Of a stretch of 64,000 nucleotides of DNA, positions 23,664-36,551 are shown piece by piece. Made by a program: the position numbers and the translations under genes. Source of the DNA: Heteronotia binoei (Eukaryota). How positions within the stretch are numbered: the stretch's first letter is position 1; every line of letters begins with the position of its first letter. The notes beneath the pieces were generated by a model. It saw nothing but the letters and a program-made list of their open reading frames with translations. It did no database searches and was not told the origin of the DNA. The stretch lies in NCBI RefSeq assembly GCF_032191835.1, contig NC_083240.1, forward strand, positions 43,834,001-43,898,000, read 5' to 3'.

Positions 23664-23900
23664 AGGGTTGCCAATCCCCAGTTGGGGGCAGGGGATCCGC
23701 CAGTTCGGAGGCCATTCTCTCACATCAGGGTCATCAGAAAGCGCATGGGAGGGGGGAGATCTGCCAGCACTTCATTATTCCCTATGGAGACCAGTCTCCA
23801 TAACATATAATGGAGAATCCATCTGTGGGTATCGAGGGCTCTGGAGGGGGCTGTTTTTTTGAGGTAGAGGCACCAAGTTTTCAGCATAGCATCTGGTGCC
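23664..23900. repeat. Dispersed repeat starting AGGGTTGCCAA (unclassified, probably a MITE); related pieces ~5795-5950, 11655-11745, 12110-12250, 62065-62220, 63150-63310, 63800-64000
   Basis: Recurring agggttgcc / ggcaacc ends and gggtataatgcc motif. Confidence 0.55.
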
Positions 23901-25251
23901 TCTCCTCCAAAAACACCCCAGGTTTCAAAAAGATTGGACAAGGGGTGTTCATTTCTATGAGCCCCCAAAGAAGGTACCCCATCCTCCATTATTTCCAGTG
24001 CAAGGAGGCATTCAAAAGGAGCGCAGCCGCTTTAAGTGTAATGGCCAGAACTCCTTCAAGGTTCAGTTGTGCTTGTCACAGCCTTGCACCTGGCTCCGCC
24101 CCCAAAGTCCCCAGATATTTCCTGAGACGGACCTGGCAACCCGTGAAGTAAGCAAGGCTGTCTGGCCCAGCAGCTTCCAGAGCTTTGCAAAAAGCAAAGT
24201 GGGGGCGGGGCGGGGAGAGGAGTACATTAAAAAGTGGAAACTGGGTGAAAGGCAGTGGCTTTGGAATTCAGGCATACAGCGAGGGCCTGTTTGCGCGCGG
24301 TGGGGGGGGGGGGGGGCAGTTTGGAAATCTTCCCCCGTCAAGCATTCTGTGAACTCATGAGAGTTTAAGCAGGCTGATTTTTCCTCTCCCCCCCCTTCCT
24401 TCCTTTTCTCGTTAATTGGCTCTCAGCTCTCTCAAATCTGTCCTTTCTAGAGCATATGTCATTTTCATCAGGCTGTTCTAATAAGAAGAGGTCCCCCCCC
24501 TCCTCCAGTTAATTTACAACGCCATGTTTTTCTGGCATGCCTAGTGAGGCCTGTGACTACGCAAATACTTGTTGACGATCTCGTTTTGTGGCTCTTGTTA
24601 TCCATGTGGGGGCCAGCTACTTTAGTGTTAGATGCAGTGACTTTGCATAGCCCGGATTCCTTTAATACCGGAGTCCCCCCCCCCCCCCCCCCCCCCGGGT
24701 CATGGACCAGTATCGGTCTGTGCTTGTTAGCAACTGGGCTGTGGGCTTTATAACATTCTGCATAGTATAAAAGGCAAATGGCATTTTTTTTTCTTTGCTG
24801 TAGTGAATCCACAACAAAGTAATCGGATCCCATCTGTGTTATTTCATGGCTTATGTCCTTAGGTGATGAGCACTTTGTGGTTGTCTGTCTCTTTTTCTTA
24901 GGCCAAAAGTTTAAGCTTTCATTTATTTTTTCCCTGATGTGATTAAGCTACTGGCTCTTACTCTTTATGGGCTCTGTGAAGCCATAGGTCAAGCCCCTGT
25001 GCCCAAGGGGTGCTGTTGGCTGCTTTTGTAACTCAGTTACTTTGGAAAGTAACACGGGGCATAAGCCTCAGCCCCCTCTGCTGTCTGATACACAATGATG
25101 AGCAGATAGAGGAAAGTCGTAAGGAACAATTTTGCCATCTTCTGGGTGTGGAGCGGGTGTCACTGGGTGTGTGGGGGAGGGAAGTATTTTCAAGTGTCCT
25201 GCTTTGTGCAGGGGGTCGGACTAGATGACCCTGGAGGGTCCCTTCCAACTC

Positions 25252-25351
25252 NNNNNNNNNNNNNNNNNNNNNNNNNNNNNNNNNNNNNNNNNNNNNNNNN
25301 NNNNNNNNNNNNNNNNNNNNNNNNNNNNNNNNNNNNNNNNNNNNNNNNNNN
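25252..25351. other. Assembly gap (100 N)
   Basis: Run of N between a CR1 3' tail and an L1 ORF1 fragment. Confidence 0.99.
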
Positions 25352-25580
25352 TCCAAGGAACTTCTTTCGAAATTCTTACTTTGTTGCCTTTCCAACTTAA
25401 GTCTTCTCCTTTCATATATATTAGGATAGTATCTCGCACTGTGGTCCTTATAAACTTAATATGAATCGCCCTGGGTTTCCTTGTGTATGAGGAAGCAACT
25501 TTCCGAGCCCAATCTATATCTTGTTCAATCTCTTTTGCTGGGGCTTCCATAACTTTGCTCAAGAGTTCACTGACTTCCAA
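25352..25580 (-). mobile_element. L1 ORF1 fragment
   Basis: EIEQDIDWARKVASSY...KPRAIHIKFIRTTVRDTIL...KGNKVRISKEVP, like the ORF1 segment at 413-697. Confidence 0.75.
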
Positions 25581-26810
25581 TTCCTGAAGTGGCCCTGGCT
25601 GGCAGGGGTGACCTGGGGTGGAGGGAGCTGTTCGTGGGGGAAGGAATGGCTCATATGAAGGGTTCAGCACCCCTTTCCACACACCCCTTCCGTGAGTTTC
25701 AACCAAGCTCCTTCTAGCTTCTGGGTCTGATGGAGAGAGGCCTATATTTAAAGGCTCATGGCCAGTGTTCCCTCTAAGCTGCAGAGTCTGGTCATCCTTT
25801 CTGAGCGAAGACAAAAACGTGTCAACTGGAGGCGAAAAATCTGGGAGCTAGCGCACACTAACTCAGTTTAGAGGGAACACTGGTCGTGGCTGAATTTTAA
25901 GAAGTCTGTTGGCGGTGGAAGAGAACGATCAGGCTCTTTAGGACAGGCCGTGTCCACAAGGGAAACTCTGGTTTAAAGGAAGGGGAAGAATATGATGGGG
26001 TTCTTCTTTTCATTATTTAGGGAAGGCAAAAACTAAAATTTAAATGCTTAAATGTTTTCGTTCTGGCTTTTTTCTCACCTGGGGGGGGGGGACCAAAGAA
26101 GTTCAACACACAACAATACGTATGTACTAAAAAAAAAAATCCTGGCCCAGCATCCCCTCCCCTCCCAGTACACAGTTACTCCAGGGATGTCCTGGGTTGG
26201 TGCTTGTTCCGCTGGCATGCCTCCCTCAGGCTGCAAGCCATGAGCGGAGAGCCCTCCTCTGGCCAGGCCCGGGCTGTGTGCCACCTGCAGAAAGGGAAGG
26301 GGCGGAGGCCTAGCCCAGATCAGCCGGGGCTCAGAAGGAAGGAGCATTTGAGTTCAAGTTGCAGTAAGTGAGGCCTCAGCTGGGGATAGCAGGAGTTCCT
26401 CCCCCCCCCCCCCGTAAGAAAAAAAAGTTTTTACTAGTAAACAAGTTCTTGACTTTTCAAAAAACTGTCACTGAATGTCAAGATTGGGGGATGCTGTGCT
26501 TCAGGGAGGTTGTACTACTCCATGACAGCTCAGCTGTGCTGCACTGTATATTCCAGAGCGTCCGCAGAACGCACACAAAGGCTATATCCTGACTGCATCC
26601 TTGCTTGTGTGATTCTTTATCCAGTTCTGACTGTTGTAGATCCCAAACTGTTGGATGACAAGTAGTGTGGAGTGGTTTGCGTGCGCTGTGTTGTCAAAGC
26701 GTGCTTCTGACCCACCATCAGCGAAGCTCACAGTTCAGATGTGAAAGTTTAATACCCTTCTTTGCGTGCTGTTTTGTTTGAAAAGGTATTACTTTTCTGT
26801 TCTCATGCAG

Positions 26811-26891
26811 ATGGTGATGGAGTTTCCTGATAATGTGCTAAATCTTGATGGACATCAGAATAATGGAGCACAATTAAAACAGTTCATTCAG
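26811..26891 (+). CDS. GGNBP2: GGNBP2 exon 3: MVMEFPDNVLNLDGHQNNGAQLKQFIQ
   Basis: 81 nt, phase 0/0, tgcAG...cag|GTgtgt. Confidence 0.96.
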
Positions 26892-27002
26892 GTGTGTATG
26901 CATTTCACGCTCTTTAATACCCTGCCCTTCCAGATACGCTTGCAGAGGCTACCAAAAGAAAATTAAATAGTGAAAGGTGGATAAATACAACCATTTATAC
27001 GA

Positions 27003-27787
27003 ACCAGAGAGGATTGTGAGGCACTCCAAAGGGATCTGTTGAGGCTGGGTGAGTGGGCGTCAACGTGGCAGATGAGGTTCAGTGTGGCCAAGTGCAAAGT
27101 AATGCACATTGGGGCCAAGAATCCCAGCTACAAATATAAGTTGATGGGGTGTGAACTGGCAGAGACTGACCAAGAGAGAGATCTTGGGGTCGCTGTAGAT
27201 AACTCACTGAAAATGTCAAGACAGTGTGCAATTGCAATAAAAAAGGCCAACGCCATGCTGGGAATTATTAGGAAGGGAATTAAAAAAACAAATCAGCCAG
27301 TATCATAATGTCCCTGTATAAATCAATGGTGCGGTCTCATTTGGAATACTGTGTACAATTCTGATCACCGCACCTCAAAAAGGATATTATAGCATTAGAA
27401 AAAGTGCAGAAAAGGGCAACTAGAATGATTAAAGGGTTGGAACACTTTCCCTATGAAGAAAGGTTAAAACGCTTGGGGCTCTTTAGCTTGGTGGGGTGAC
27501 ATGATAGAGGTTTACAAAATTATGCATGTGATGGAGAAAGTAGAGAAAGAAGTCCTTTTCTCCCTTTCTCACAATACAAGAACTCGTGGGCATTCGATGA
27601 AATTGCTGAGCAGTCAGGTTAAAACGGATAAAAGGAAGTACTTCTTCACCCAAAGGGTGATTAACATGTGGAATTCGCTGCCACAGGAGGTGGTGGTGGC
27701 TACAAGCATAGCCAGCTTCAAGAGGGGGGTTAGATAAAAATATGGAGCAGAGGTCCATCAGTAACTATTAGCCACAGTGTGTGTGTT

Positions 27788-27818
<31 letters not shown>

Positions 27819-27906
27819 ATGTAATTTTTTTGGCCACTGTGACACAGAGTGTTGGACTGGATGGGCCATTGGCCCGATCCTACATGGCTTCTCTTATGTT
27901 CTTATG
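27003..27906 (+). mobile_element. CR1 LINE 3' part (RT C-terminus + 3'UTR with (GT)n)
   Basis: WQMRFSVAKCKVMHIG, ERDLGV, KANAMLGII, DMIEVYKIM, RTRGHSMKL; tail ggcttctcttatgttcttatg. Confidence 0.93.
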
Positions 27907-29411
27907 ATTCAGTGAAATGCAGCAGTCACAGAGTCCCAAGACGTGTAGCATAAACCCATCAAGTGTGTAAACATGGCTGTAGAAGGATCAGAAGGTAAAA
28001 AAATAAGCCAGGATCAATAGACAGTAAATGGCAAGAAGTGTATTTTTGTTTTAAAGCCAAAGGCGACTTCTTGTTTTAGACAGCTGCTACCGAAGAACAA
28101 CTGGGATAAAATATTCTTCACTTTGATTATTGGACCTAATAAGTGCCCTGTCCAATCAGAACAAAAGGGCCACCCAGTGGGGCACTCCGTTTTCTGCCCA
28201 TGCTGACCAATTTGCTCTGTTAGTTCTGCAACTTTTAAAACCAAAGCACGTATAAAACCGCCTTCCAGGGTGATGTACCTAAAAAAACCCTCAACGAGAA
28301 AATTAGGTTAAAAACCACAAAAAGCAAAACCTATCAACTAAAAATGCATCATCAAAAACCCTTGAAATCTTATCTGTCAGTTAAAAGAAGGGTCTTTGAG
28401 ATGGGGGAGTGTTACAGTTCTTAAAAATGGCCGCGGAGGGTGCACTAGCGGTAGTCCATTCTGCAGATGCAGAGGCTGTTGCAGGAGAACCTTGAAGAGC
28501 ATCACCACCATCTCTGCATCCACATCAGAATGGGCAGTAAGGAGGGCATAACAGAAACTGTGTAGTGGGAGAGAAGATCCTCTAGATGCGGGGGTGGGGG
28601 GGGGGGGAATCCGAGGCCATGAAGGACTTCTTAGATCACAGGCAGCACCTTAAATGGAGCTGGGGAACAAACGAGAAGCCAGCACACACATTCAGATTGG
28701 CCAGCTCCAGTTGAAAGCCAGACTGCAGCATTTGAGACCGCTTGAAGCTCTTGAGTTTTCTTTAAGGGAAGCCCCCGTGTAGAGCACATTGCAGCAACGA
28801 AGCCTTTACAGAAGCTGGGCTTTGTGTGCCTGTTTGGCCAAATGCAGCCCGCAAAGTTGGAGCAGGTGATGACGACAGCCAGGGTATTTTAAAGGCCACA
28901 ACCTTCATCTATTGTTCGTTTGTAGCACCTAACGGGCCGAGACCATGCCTCCCTCCAGAAATGGGCTGCATTTTTCTACTGTGGCTGGCTTGCGGCAGCT
29001 TGCTCCATTGATTTGCCCATCCTTTCAACAAAAAGCCCCCACAATAAGCTTGTGGGAAAACAACAACCTTTAACGTGTGGCAGTGGGTTCCATAAGTTAG
29101 CAAACGCTGCAAGCCGAGGGGGTGAGCGTCAGGGCTCAACCATTCGAAACCCAGTCCCTCTGTTTGTGGAGTTTCCTTTCCTTTGGACCTTTTCTCGGCC
29201 CCTAACAGCACACCTCTAGCGTTGTGGTCCAAGGAAGGGCCTTGGACACCAGTGAAGGGCGTGAAGGGCACCAGTTAAGGAACCCTGGTAGCAGCTTTCT
29301 GTTTGGAGCGTTTGCTTCCGTTTTTAAGTGTTACTCCCTGGGTTGTGCGTCTGGGCCTTCTGTTTTTGGAGACCACTTGAGCTGATTTCCCCCCCCCCTT
29401 TCCCCCTCCAG

Positions 29412-29683
29412 CGGCACAGCATGCTGAAGCAGCACAGCCTGCTCAAACAGCAGGACATGAACCTTGCCATGATGGTGACGTCGCGTGAAGTCTTGAGTGC
29501 ACTTTCTCAGCTTGTCCCATGTGTTGGCTGTCGCCGTAGCGTGGAGCGCCTCTTCTCCCAGCTGGTGGAGTCGGGGAATCCAGCCCTCGAGCCCCTCACG
29601 GTTGGGCCGAAGGGAGTCCTTTCCGTCACTCGCAGCTGCATGATGGACGCAAAGAAGCTTTATACGCTTTTCTATGTGCACGG
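29412..29683 (+). CDS. GGNBP2: GGNBP2 exon 4: RHSMLKQHSLLKQQDMNLAMMVTSREVLSALSQLVPCVGCRRSVERL...KLYTLFYVHG
   Basis: 272 nt, ctccAG / gg|GTaagc; contains the CxxC (CVGC) motif. Confidence 0.96.
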
Positions 29684-30514
29684 GTAAGCTTGGCGGAGCA
29701 GGGCCCCTGCAAGCATGGCGCTGGGGTAGGGTGGGAAAGCAGAGGGGCCTGTGCCTTACCTGGCGTCCAGAACTGCCAGACTCCTTGCCTGATCTGTCAC
29801 TCGCCAGTCTGGATGCTTTACCCTGCCAAGGGGCTTGATCCCATTTCTGGGAACGTCAAAAAAGGCAGGAGACTCCCCGAGTTCCAGTCGTGCCATCGTG
29901 CATTGCTGGTAAGCTCTGCTCATCTGAGTGAGTGGCCAGTTTCTGCATGCTGGCAAGGGTTTTTGAGAAAAGCAGAGGGAGGGGGTGAGTGGAGCTATGC
30001 CCTTCTCGTATAGGTCCCGAGTGTGATCTCTCACAGGGGGAAATGTAGAGTTCACCCTTGTTGAAATCAGACACGAGCACAGCTGACCTCACTTGCCCTA
30101 TCCTGATGTGACACGGGTCATCTCCTCTGCTGGGGAGGAAGTTAGCTTGCCTCCTTTCCTGTCCCTCGTGGTCAATCCTGAGGATTTATCCTTGGCATTT
30201 GCATTGAAGGCAATTCTCATGGGGGTAGGCTGAAACTTTACTTGAAGTAACCTGCCAAAATGTATGTGTAGAGTAGAGTTCGCTATGTTGGCCTCGCAGA
30301 GACATTCTCTAATGATTCTACAGGTGTCTTTTCTGTAAGGAGAATTTGGATAATTGAAGGCATTGTGGGGGAGGAGGGGTAAGGAAGAGCTCACAGAAGT
30401 GGGCAGTGCATATCAGCTCCCGGTCGATGTCTCCTGTTGCCACACAACCTTACTGAAAGAAGCCCGTCGAGCAGTAACTTGAACCAGCTTCTGTCGTGCT
30501 TTTCTTCTTTAAAG

Positions 30515-30613
30515 GTCCAAATTAAACGAAATGATAGATGCAATTCCGAAAAGCAAGAAGAACAAGAGATGTCAGTTGCACTCCCTTGACACACACAAAC
30601 CCAAACCTTTGGG
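30515..30613 (+). CDS. GGNBP2: GGNBP2 exon 5: (G)SKLNEMIDAIPKSKKNKRCQLHSLDTHKPKPL(G)
   Basis: 99 nt, tttaaAG / gg|GTaagt, phases fit neighbours. Confidence 0.96.
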
Positions 30614-31452
30614 GTAAGTTTGCTGAGTTTGTTTTTATCTGCTTCAGATCATGATTGTGAGCAGAAGGGCCACAGGCCTCTCTTGACCCAGTGTCATTTT
30701 CCTGTCCTGAAACAGCCCTGGGGGGAGGGGCTACTCTTTGCCTTGGGGTACCTGTAAATTTCCCAAGGTTGGTTTTTTTTTAAGCTGGTTCTGTTTTCAG
30801 GAGTTGCTGCCTCGCACTGTTTGTTGCACTGTAATGCTGAGCAAAGAAGTTTGCCCTTCAATTGATTCAATCATGGTGACCCTGATTTTTGGCATTCCTA
30901 CATTTCATTGGTAGTGATGCCCCTGATCCACAGGGTTGGCTTCCTTCGGAGCCCTTTGAGCTGCACTCAGATTCAAAACCTGGCCTTGGCTAGTCATGTT
31001 GGGTTTAGGGGTGTGCAGTTGGATATTGTTGACCTGATCAGAATCTGGAATCCTCCTTTTGGGGAGGCAGGAGCAGATGGGACGTGGGGAGCACTCCCCA
31101 ACTGGTTCGTGGTGCAGCTGCCCTTAAAGGGCCATAACTGGGGAGGCCAGGCATACCCCCATGGAAAACAATGTCCCTTTAAAGCACAACTGCATGGAGA
31201 TCCTATCCTTTCCTTCCTTTCCCCTATTTTAATTCTGTGTCTAATTATTATGGTCTTTGTTAAACATTGGGAGTATTGTTCAGATATTTATGAAATAAAA
31301 CTCCCAGTATTTTAACTGAAATGATAATTGTAGCCTTTGTTGATACAGAGTTAAAACAATAATTTTGTTAGTCCCCACTCCTGTTTGGGCCTACTCTGGA
31401 GTCAAGCAGGCCTTGGAGGCCACTCGAGTTCCTCTTAATATATCAGTATTAC

Positions 31453-31642
31453 CAGGGTGCTTTTTTTGTAGCAGGAATTTCTTTGCATATTAGGCCACCC
31501 CCCCCCCCCCGATGTAGCCAATCCTCCAGGAGCTTACAGGGGGCCCTGGAATAATAGCCCTGCATGCTCTTGGAGGATTGGCTACATCAGGGGGCGTGGT
31601 CCAATCTGCAAAGGAGTTCCTGCAGCAACAAAAAAGCCCATA
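31453..31642. mobile_element. Palindromic hAT-type MITE
   Basis: Same family as 16748; perfect TSD AGTATTAC (31445-31452, 31643-31650). Confidence 0.88.
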
Positions 31643-33517
31643 GTATTACTATATTAATGTAATAGTGAGCATTTATTTGAATGCTTAGTTCTAGCATTGA
31701 TGGAGCCCATGTTGGGGGAGACCTTATGCTACTTGCATTTGTAGCTGTTGGGCTGGTATTTCCTGTGAGGTTTCAGTTCCGTGACCTTTAGGGCTCCTTG
31801 CTGGCTTGCGAAGGAAGAAGCGACATGTGGGAATATTGTTCTTTGTTGGCACATGCTGCCTTCTGTTCTGCCTGTTGCACGGTCTGCCTGTAACCTGGCC
31901 TGCATGCGGCCAGATATCTTAAGCTGTAGACCAGACTTCTTTCCCCTTCCCGGTTTTGAGCCTTTCAAAATATCATTTCCATCTCCAGGCAGGCGGATGA
32001 GGTCATGAGAACTTGAGAGTGACCGTCCCAGAGGTGTGATAATGCACCCTTGCATCTTCCAGCAATTTGGGAGTTCCTGCAGGGTGTTTTGGATTAAGCT
32101 TAGCTCTGGGGGTTTTCTGATAGCGTATCTGCTCACTAGCATGTCATAGGAGGGCATGGGAGGAAGAAACTTCATTGAATGACCTTGGCTAGTCCAGCCC
32201 CAGCTTGCCTAGTATACAGAACTTGCCAACTCACACAAAGCCTCCTGCTACTTGTGTCGTCTGCTCACGGAGCCACAAGGACCACTTATTTCCCCCTTAC
32301 AGCCGGGAGGAATGAAACCTCTGGGAGTGAATGTCAAATCCAGTCTAAAGGATGTCTTGAGCTGACTGTGACCTGGGTTGGGCCATGCAGTTGAGCTAGG
32401 AGTCGGTCACTTTGATAACAAGAGTTGGTGGGTATGGCCATTTCCTGCAGTTCTCCTCCTGGCTTCCAGAAAAGAAAATGGCTACACTTCTCCTTTCCCT
32501 GCGCAATCGACGGAAACCTAGTCTAGCTCTCAGCACAGGCCACAGCCCTCCTCTTAGCCCCCCTTGAGCTTTTCACAAGCATGTAAGGAGCAAATCGCTC
32601 AATGGTGTGGCGTAGAAGGTATTCTGGTTTCTGTAAGAGCTGGGGCAAGCCGAAGTCCAAGGAAATGCGAGGCAACAAGAGCGTCCTCCCTCCAAAAAAG
32701 GCACTCAGAAGCTGCTAATTGTAACAGCCAAAAGTGCAACATTGCATTATAACTGGAAAAACAGATACACAAATGTTATTCCATAATATGCCCAACAGTC
32801 ATAATGCAAAAACATTCACACATTACGAGCTGTGCATAGCCACTGCTGTCAAGGACCCCATTCCCAGGGGGGCATTTAGGATGCACAGAAGCCCATCTAC
32901 GTAGACACTGCTACTCAAGTCAACCAAAGGTAAGGGGGAGGGGGTTTCTTGTTGCCTCCAGTTCTTGGTCCAGCTGGCTCGCCCCTTTTCTCCTCCCCCC
33001 CTCCCCCCCACCTCTGTGTTCAATTGTATTGAAAGTTCAAGGCAAGCGCTGCACGTGTGTTATAGCCGTTAAATTCTTGTTCTTAACGCTGTGCTCCAGT
33101 GAAGGGAACGGTAGCGCCCCGAGTGCAGAGAAGTTAGGTGCAGATAAGAGGAATAGTGAAGACGACAGGAAGGAGAGCAGGTGTAGGATCATTTTCTGCT
33201 ATGGACCCTTCCAGGGAACAGCCAGGTAAACGGAATTGCATCTCTTTGGGGTGTCATGTGGGGCCTTCTCATACTGCCAGGCCTTGTAATATTTTCTGAC
33301 AAGCAGGTGATTATAGAACCATGGCGTTGGAAGGGACCTCCAGGGTCATCTAGTCCAACACCCCCCCTCCCCGGGCACAGTGCAGGGATTTCACACATAC
33401 ATCCCCAGTTGACCCCTGCGCAACTTGACTGTCTCCTGCTTCTTTCTCCTGGCCGCTATTGCTGCTGCGTCACTAAGCCCCTCTGAGGAGAAAAGAAAAA
33501 GAGCACACACGTGCACC

Positions 33518-33810
33518 AGAGAAAAGCTCCCCCTGCTCTCTCCTGCTTCCTTCACTGGGGCTCCTCTTCTCAAAGCCTCTCTTCCCTCCTTTGGGGAGGA
33601 AGTGAGGGGGAAGAAAAAAGAGAGTGCGCATCCGTTCACCGGAGAAAAACTCCCTCTGCTCTCTCCTGCTTCCTTCACTGGGGCTCCTCTTCTCAAAGCC
33701 ACTCTTCCCTCCTTTTGGGAGGAAGTGAGGGGGAAGAAAAAAGAGAGTACGTGTCCATGCACTGGAGAAAAGCTCCCTCTGCTCTCCCCTGTTTCCTTCA
33801 CTGGGGCTGC
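33518..33810. repeat. Minisatellite, 123-bp unit x ~2.4
   Basis: Units start at 33518, 33641, 33764 (gagaaaa-ctccc-ctgctctc-cctg-ttccttcactgggg...). Confidence 0.9.
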
Positions 33811-34689
33811 TGCTGCCTTGTCAAACCTATCTTCGCTCATTTGGGGTGGGGTGGGGGAAGGAAAGAGAGAGCGCATGCAAGAAAAGGGAGTCCCATGCAG
33901 TGTTCCCTCTAAGCTGAGTTAGCATGAGCTAGCTCACAGTTTTTCAGCCGCCAGCTCACACATTTTTGTCTTAGCTCAGGAAGGATGACCCCAGAGCGCA
34001 CTAATTCATGCAGTACTTTAATATCAGTAGCTCACAACTTCAATGCCAGTAGCCCAAAGTAGAATTTTTGCTCACAAGACTCTGTAGCTTAGAGGGAACA
34101 TTGGAAGGCACCTTTAAGATCAACAAGGTTTTGTTCCAGGTATAACATTTCCTGTGCATGCACACTTCTTGCAGGGTGGGAGATTCTTCTGACAAGCTGT
34201 GCTCTGATGTTTACTTTGAGATCTGATCTCTCTCTCACACATTAAAAAAGGGGGGGGGGCAGGAAAGAGATGCATCTGGAATAAGGGGAATTATTTTGGC
34301 TTATTCTGAAAAGTTTTTTAAAAATTAGATTTCTGTGTGCCTATCAGGGATTTTATTTTCTTTCAAAAAGACCCTGATTAGGAATTACATTTGGATTGGA
34401 TTCCACGGATTAATGACCGGAAGTAGATGGCTAAGTATTTAATAACACATTCGTGGTTCCATCTATCCAACATGTGGTCTCCCTCTCTCCCCTGCACCTC
34501 ACTGGCTGCCTTTCTTCACATTAGCCCATCCCCCTTTGCTTTTTAAGCTCTATTGTCATCACTAGCGGTGAGTAGATTTTGTCCAGTCTGAAAGCAACAC
34601 ACTATTTCATTTGGAAAGAACCCCCCCCCCCTTCCAGTTCCAATAGAAGAAAAAAGTAATAAAAGAAACCTAACAGCACAGCTTGCAGT

Positions 34690-35462
34690 CTTTATTAGCG
34701 GAAGGGAGCAAGAGTTCAGTAGCACCTTAATGACTAACAAAATTTGTGGCAGGGCAGGGGCTGTCAATTTTCAGTTTCAATTTTTATTACAGTCAATTGA
34801 CCAGCAAGCATGAGCTCTCATGAGTCACTGCTCGCTTCTTCAGATGTGAATCCATCTGTCTTTATAGCTTGGAAAGTGATGTGATTTCAGATGCCAAATG
34901 ACAGTAGCAGCCGTTGGTAATGCGAGAAGAAATCTAGGTCTCAGTTCAGTCCAGGAGGATGCGCTGAGCTTCGTTATGTTGCAATTCGGCAGTCTCTCTA
35001 ATCTCCCTTTGGAATTGCTTTGTAAGTGAACTGCTACTCTTAGGTCAGCAGCTGAATGTCCTGGGAGGTTGAAATGTCTCCCCATTGGTTTTTGAAGGTT
35101 GTGGTTTCTTATGGCCGAAGAAAGAAGATGATGATATTGGATTTATATCCCGCCCTATACTCTGAATCTCAGAGCGGTCACAATCTCCTTTACCTCCCCC
35201 CCCCACCACCACAACAGACATCCTGAGAGGTGGGTGGGACTGAGAGAGCTCTTACAGCAGCTGCCCTTTCAAGGAAAGCTTCCTACAAAAGCTATGGCTG
35301 ACCCAAGGCCATTCCAGCAGCTGTAAGTGGAGGAGTGGGGAATCAAACCCAGATAAAAGTCTCCGCGCCCTTAACCACTACACCAGACTGGCTCTCCTTG
35401 CAGACTACAAAATTTGTGGCAGGGTATGAGATTTCATGAGCCACTGTTCACCTCTTCAGAAT
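34690..35462 (-). mobile_element. Penelope-like element remnant (GIY-YIG C-terminus), interrupted by a Squam3 SINE
   Basis: GRHFNLPGHSAADLRVAVHLQSNSKGRLER on minus strand; terminal motif aaaatttgtggcaggg...gagccactg...cttcttcaga on both sides of the SINE. Confidence 0.7.
35117..35396 (-). mobile_element. Squam3-like SINE
   Basis: Same family as 18641 and 22046. Confidence 0.88.
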
Positions 35463-35699
35463 TACGTTCATTTATTCTTTGCATCCTCCTGGACCAAACT
35501 GAGACCTAGGTTTCTTATCTCATTACCAATGATGATATCTCCCTGTCTACTATCCTCTGCATGTCACACATAATCCAGTCATGTCTGCTATTGCCATATG
35601 GCATCTGAAATCATCTTTACAGAAAGTTTATATCTTTGCTACCTCGTGTTACATTTTATGGCCCAACAGTGACATTTATGGTACCTTGTAAGAAATGAG

Positions 35700-36345
35700 T
35701 TCAACACTTCTGGTTTAGACCATCTTTCAAAATCATTTTGTATTTTTGACCAGACTGTCATGTAATTATCCTTGAACAATGTATCATTTTGTCCTGTAAG
35801 ATATATTCCTAAATATTTGATTGGGTTTTCTGTTATATCACATCCTGAAATCTTTTTGATCTTTTCCTCATTTTGGTTTGTCCAAAATTTTAAAATGATT
35901 TTAGTTGTTTTCCTGTTGATTTTATAACCAGAAAAGGTTCCAACTTTCTGATTTGTTCCATTACCTGCTGCAGCGGTAATTGGGGTTTTTAGGACCACGT
36001 CATCAGCATAGCTCTTTAGTTTAACATACTCCTCTTAATCTACTTTTGAGCCCTTCAAGCTTAGGATCTTGTCTTCTCTTAGAAGCAAAGATTTCCATCA
36101 CAAGAATAAAAAGTGGAGACAAGGGAGCATCCTTGATGGGTTCCTTTTTCTATTTTAAATCCATGTTTTAAGACCCCGTAGATTATGAACTTTGCATGTT
36201 GGTTGGTATAAATGCTCTGTTACCCAGTTCAGAAATCTAGAACCGTGTTTAAAGTATTGCAGTGTTTTTGTAAGAACAACCAAGGCACTTTATTGAAAGC
36301 TTTTTTTAGCATCTAGGAACAAGAAAGCTGCTTGATTCACCTGTA
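35700..36345 (-). mobile_element. L1 ORF2 reverse-transcriptase fragment
   Basis: Minus strand has tatgctgatgacg (YADD) at ~36000, QGCSLSPL-like segment at ~36110-36140 and SGYKINRKTT...PIKYLGIYLT. Confidence 0.8.
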
Positions 36346-36437
36346 TTTTTTTACAAATTCTGTGGCATCAGGAACTAAGTGATGTTTCATGTGCTCTGTC
36401 TTTCTGTCTCCGCACCCCCCCCCCCTTTCCTCCATAG

Positions 36438-36551
36438 GGGTTGCTGGATGGATGTGTGGGAGCTCATGTCCCAGGAGTGCAGGGACGAAGTAGTTTTAAT
36501 TGATTCTAGCTGTCTTTTAGAAACCTTGGAAACGTATCTCCGGAAACACAG
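36438..36551 (+). CDS. GGNBP2: GGNBP2 exon 6: (G)GCWMDVWELMSQECRDEVVLIDSSCLLETLETYLRKH(R)
   Basis: 114 nt, ccatAG / ag|GTgagc. Confidence 0.96.

Noticed and set aside
24860-24940. Intronic C/D box snoRNA (GTGATGA...CTGA)
   Set aside because: No terminal stem or recognisable guide; chance spacing is likely.
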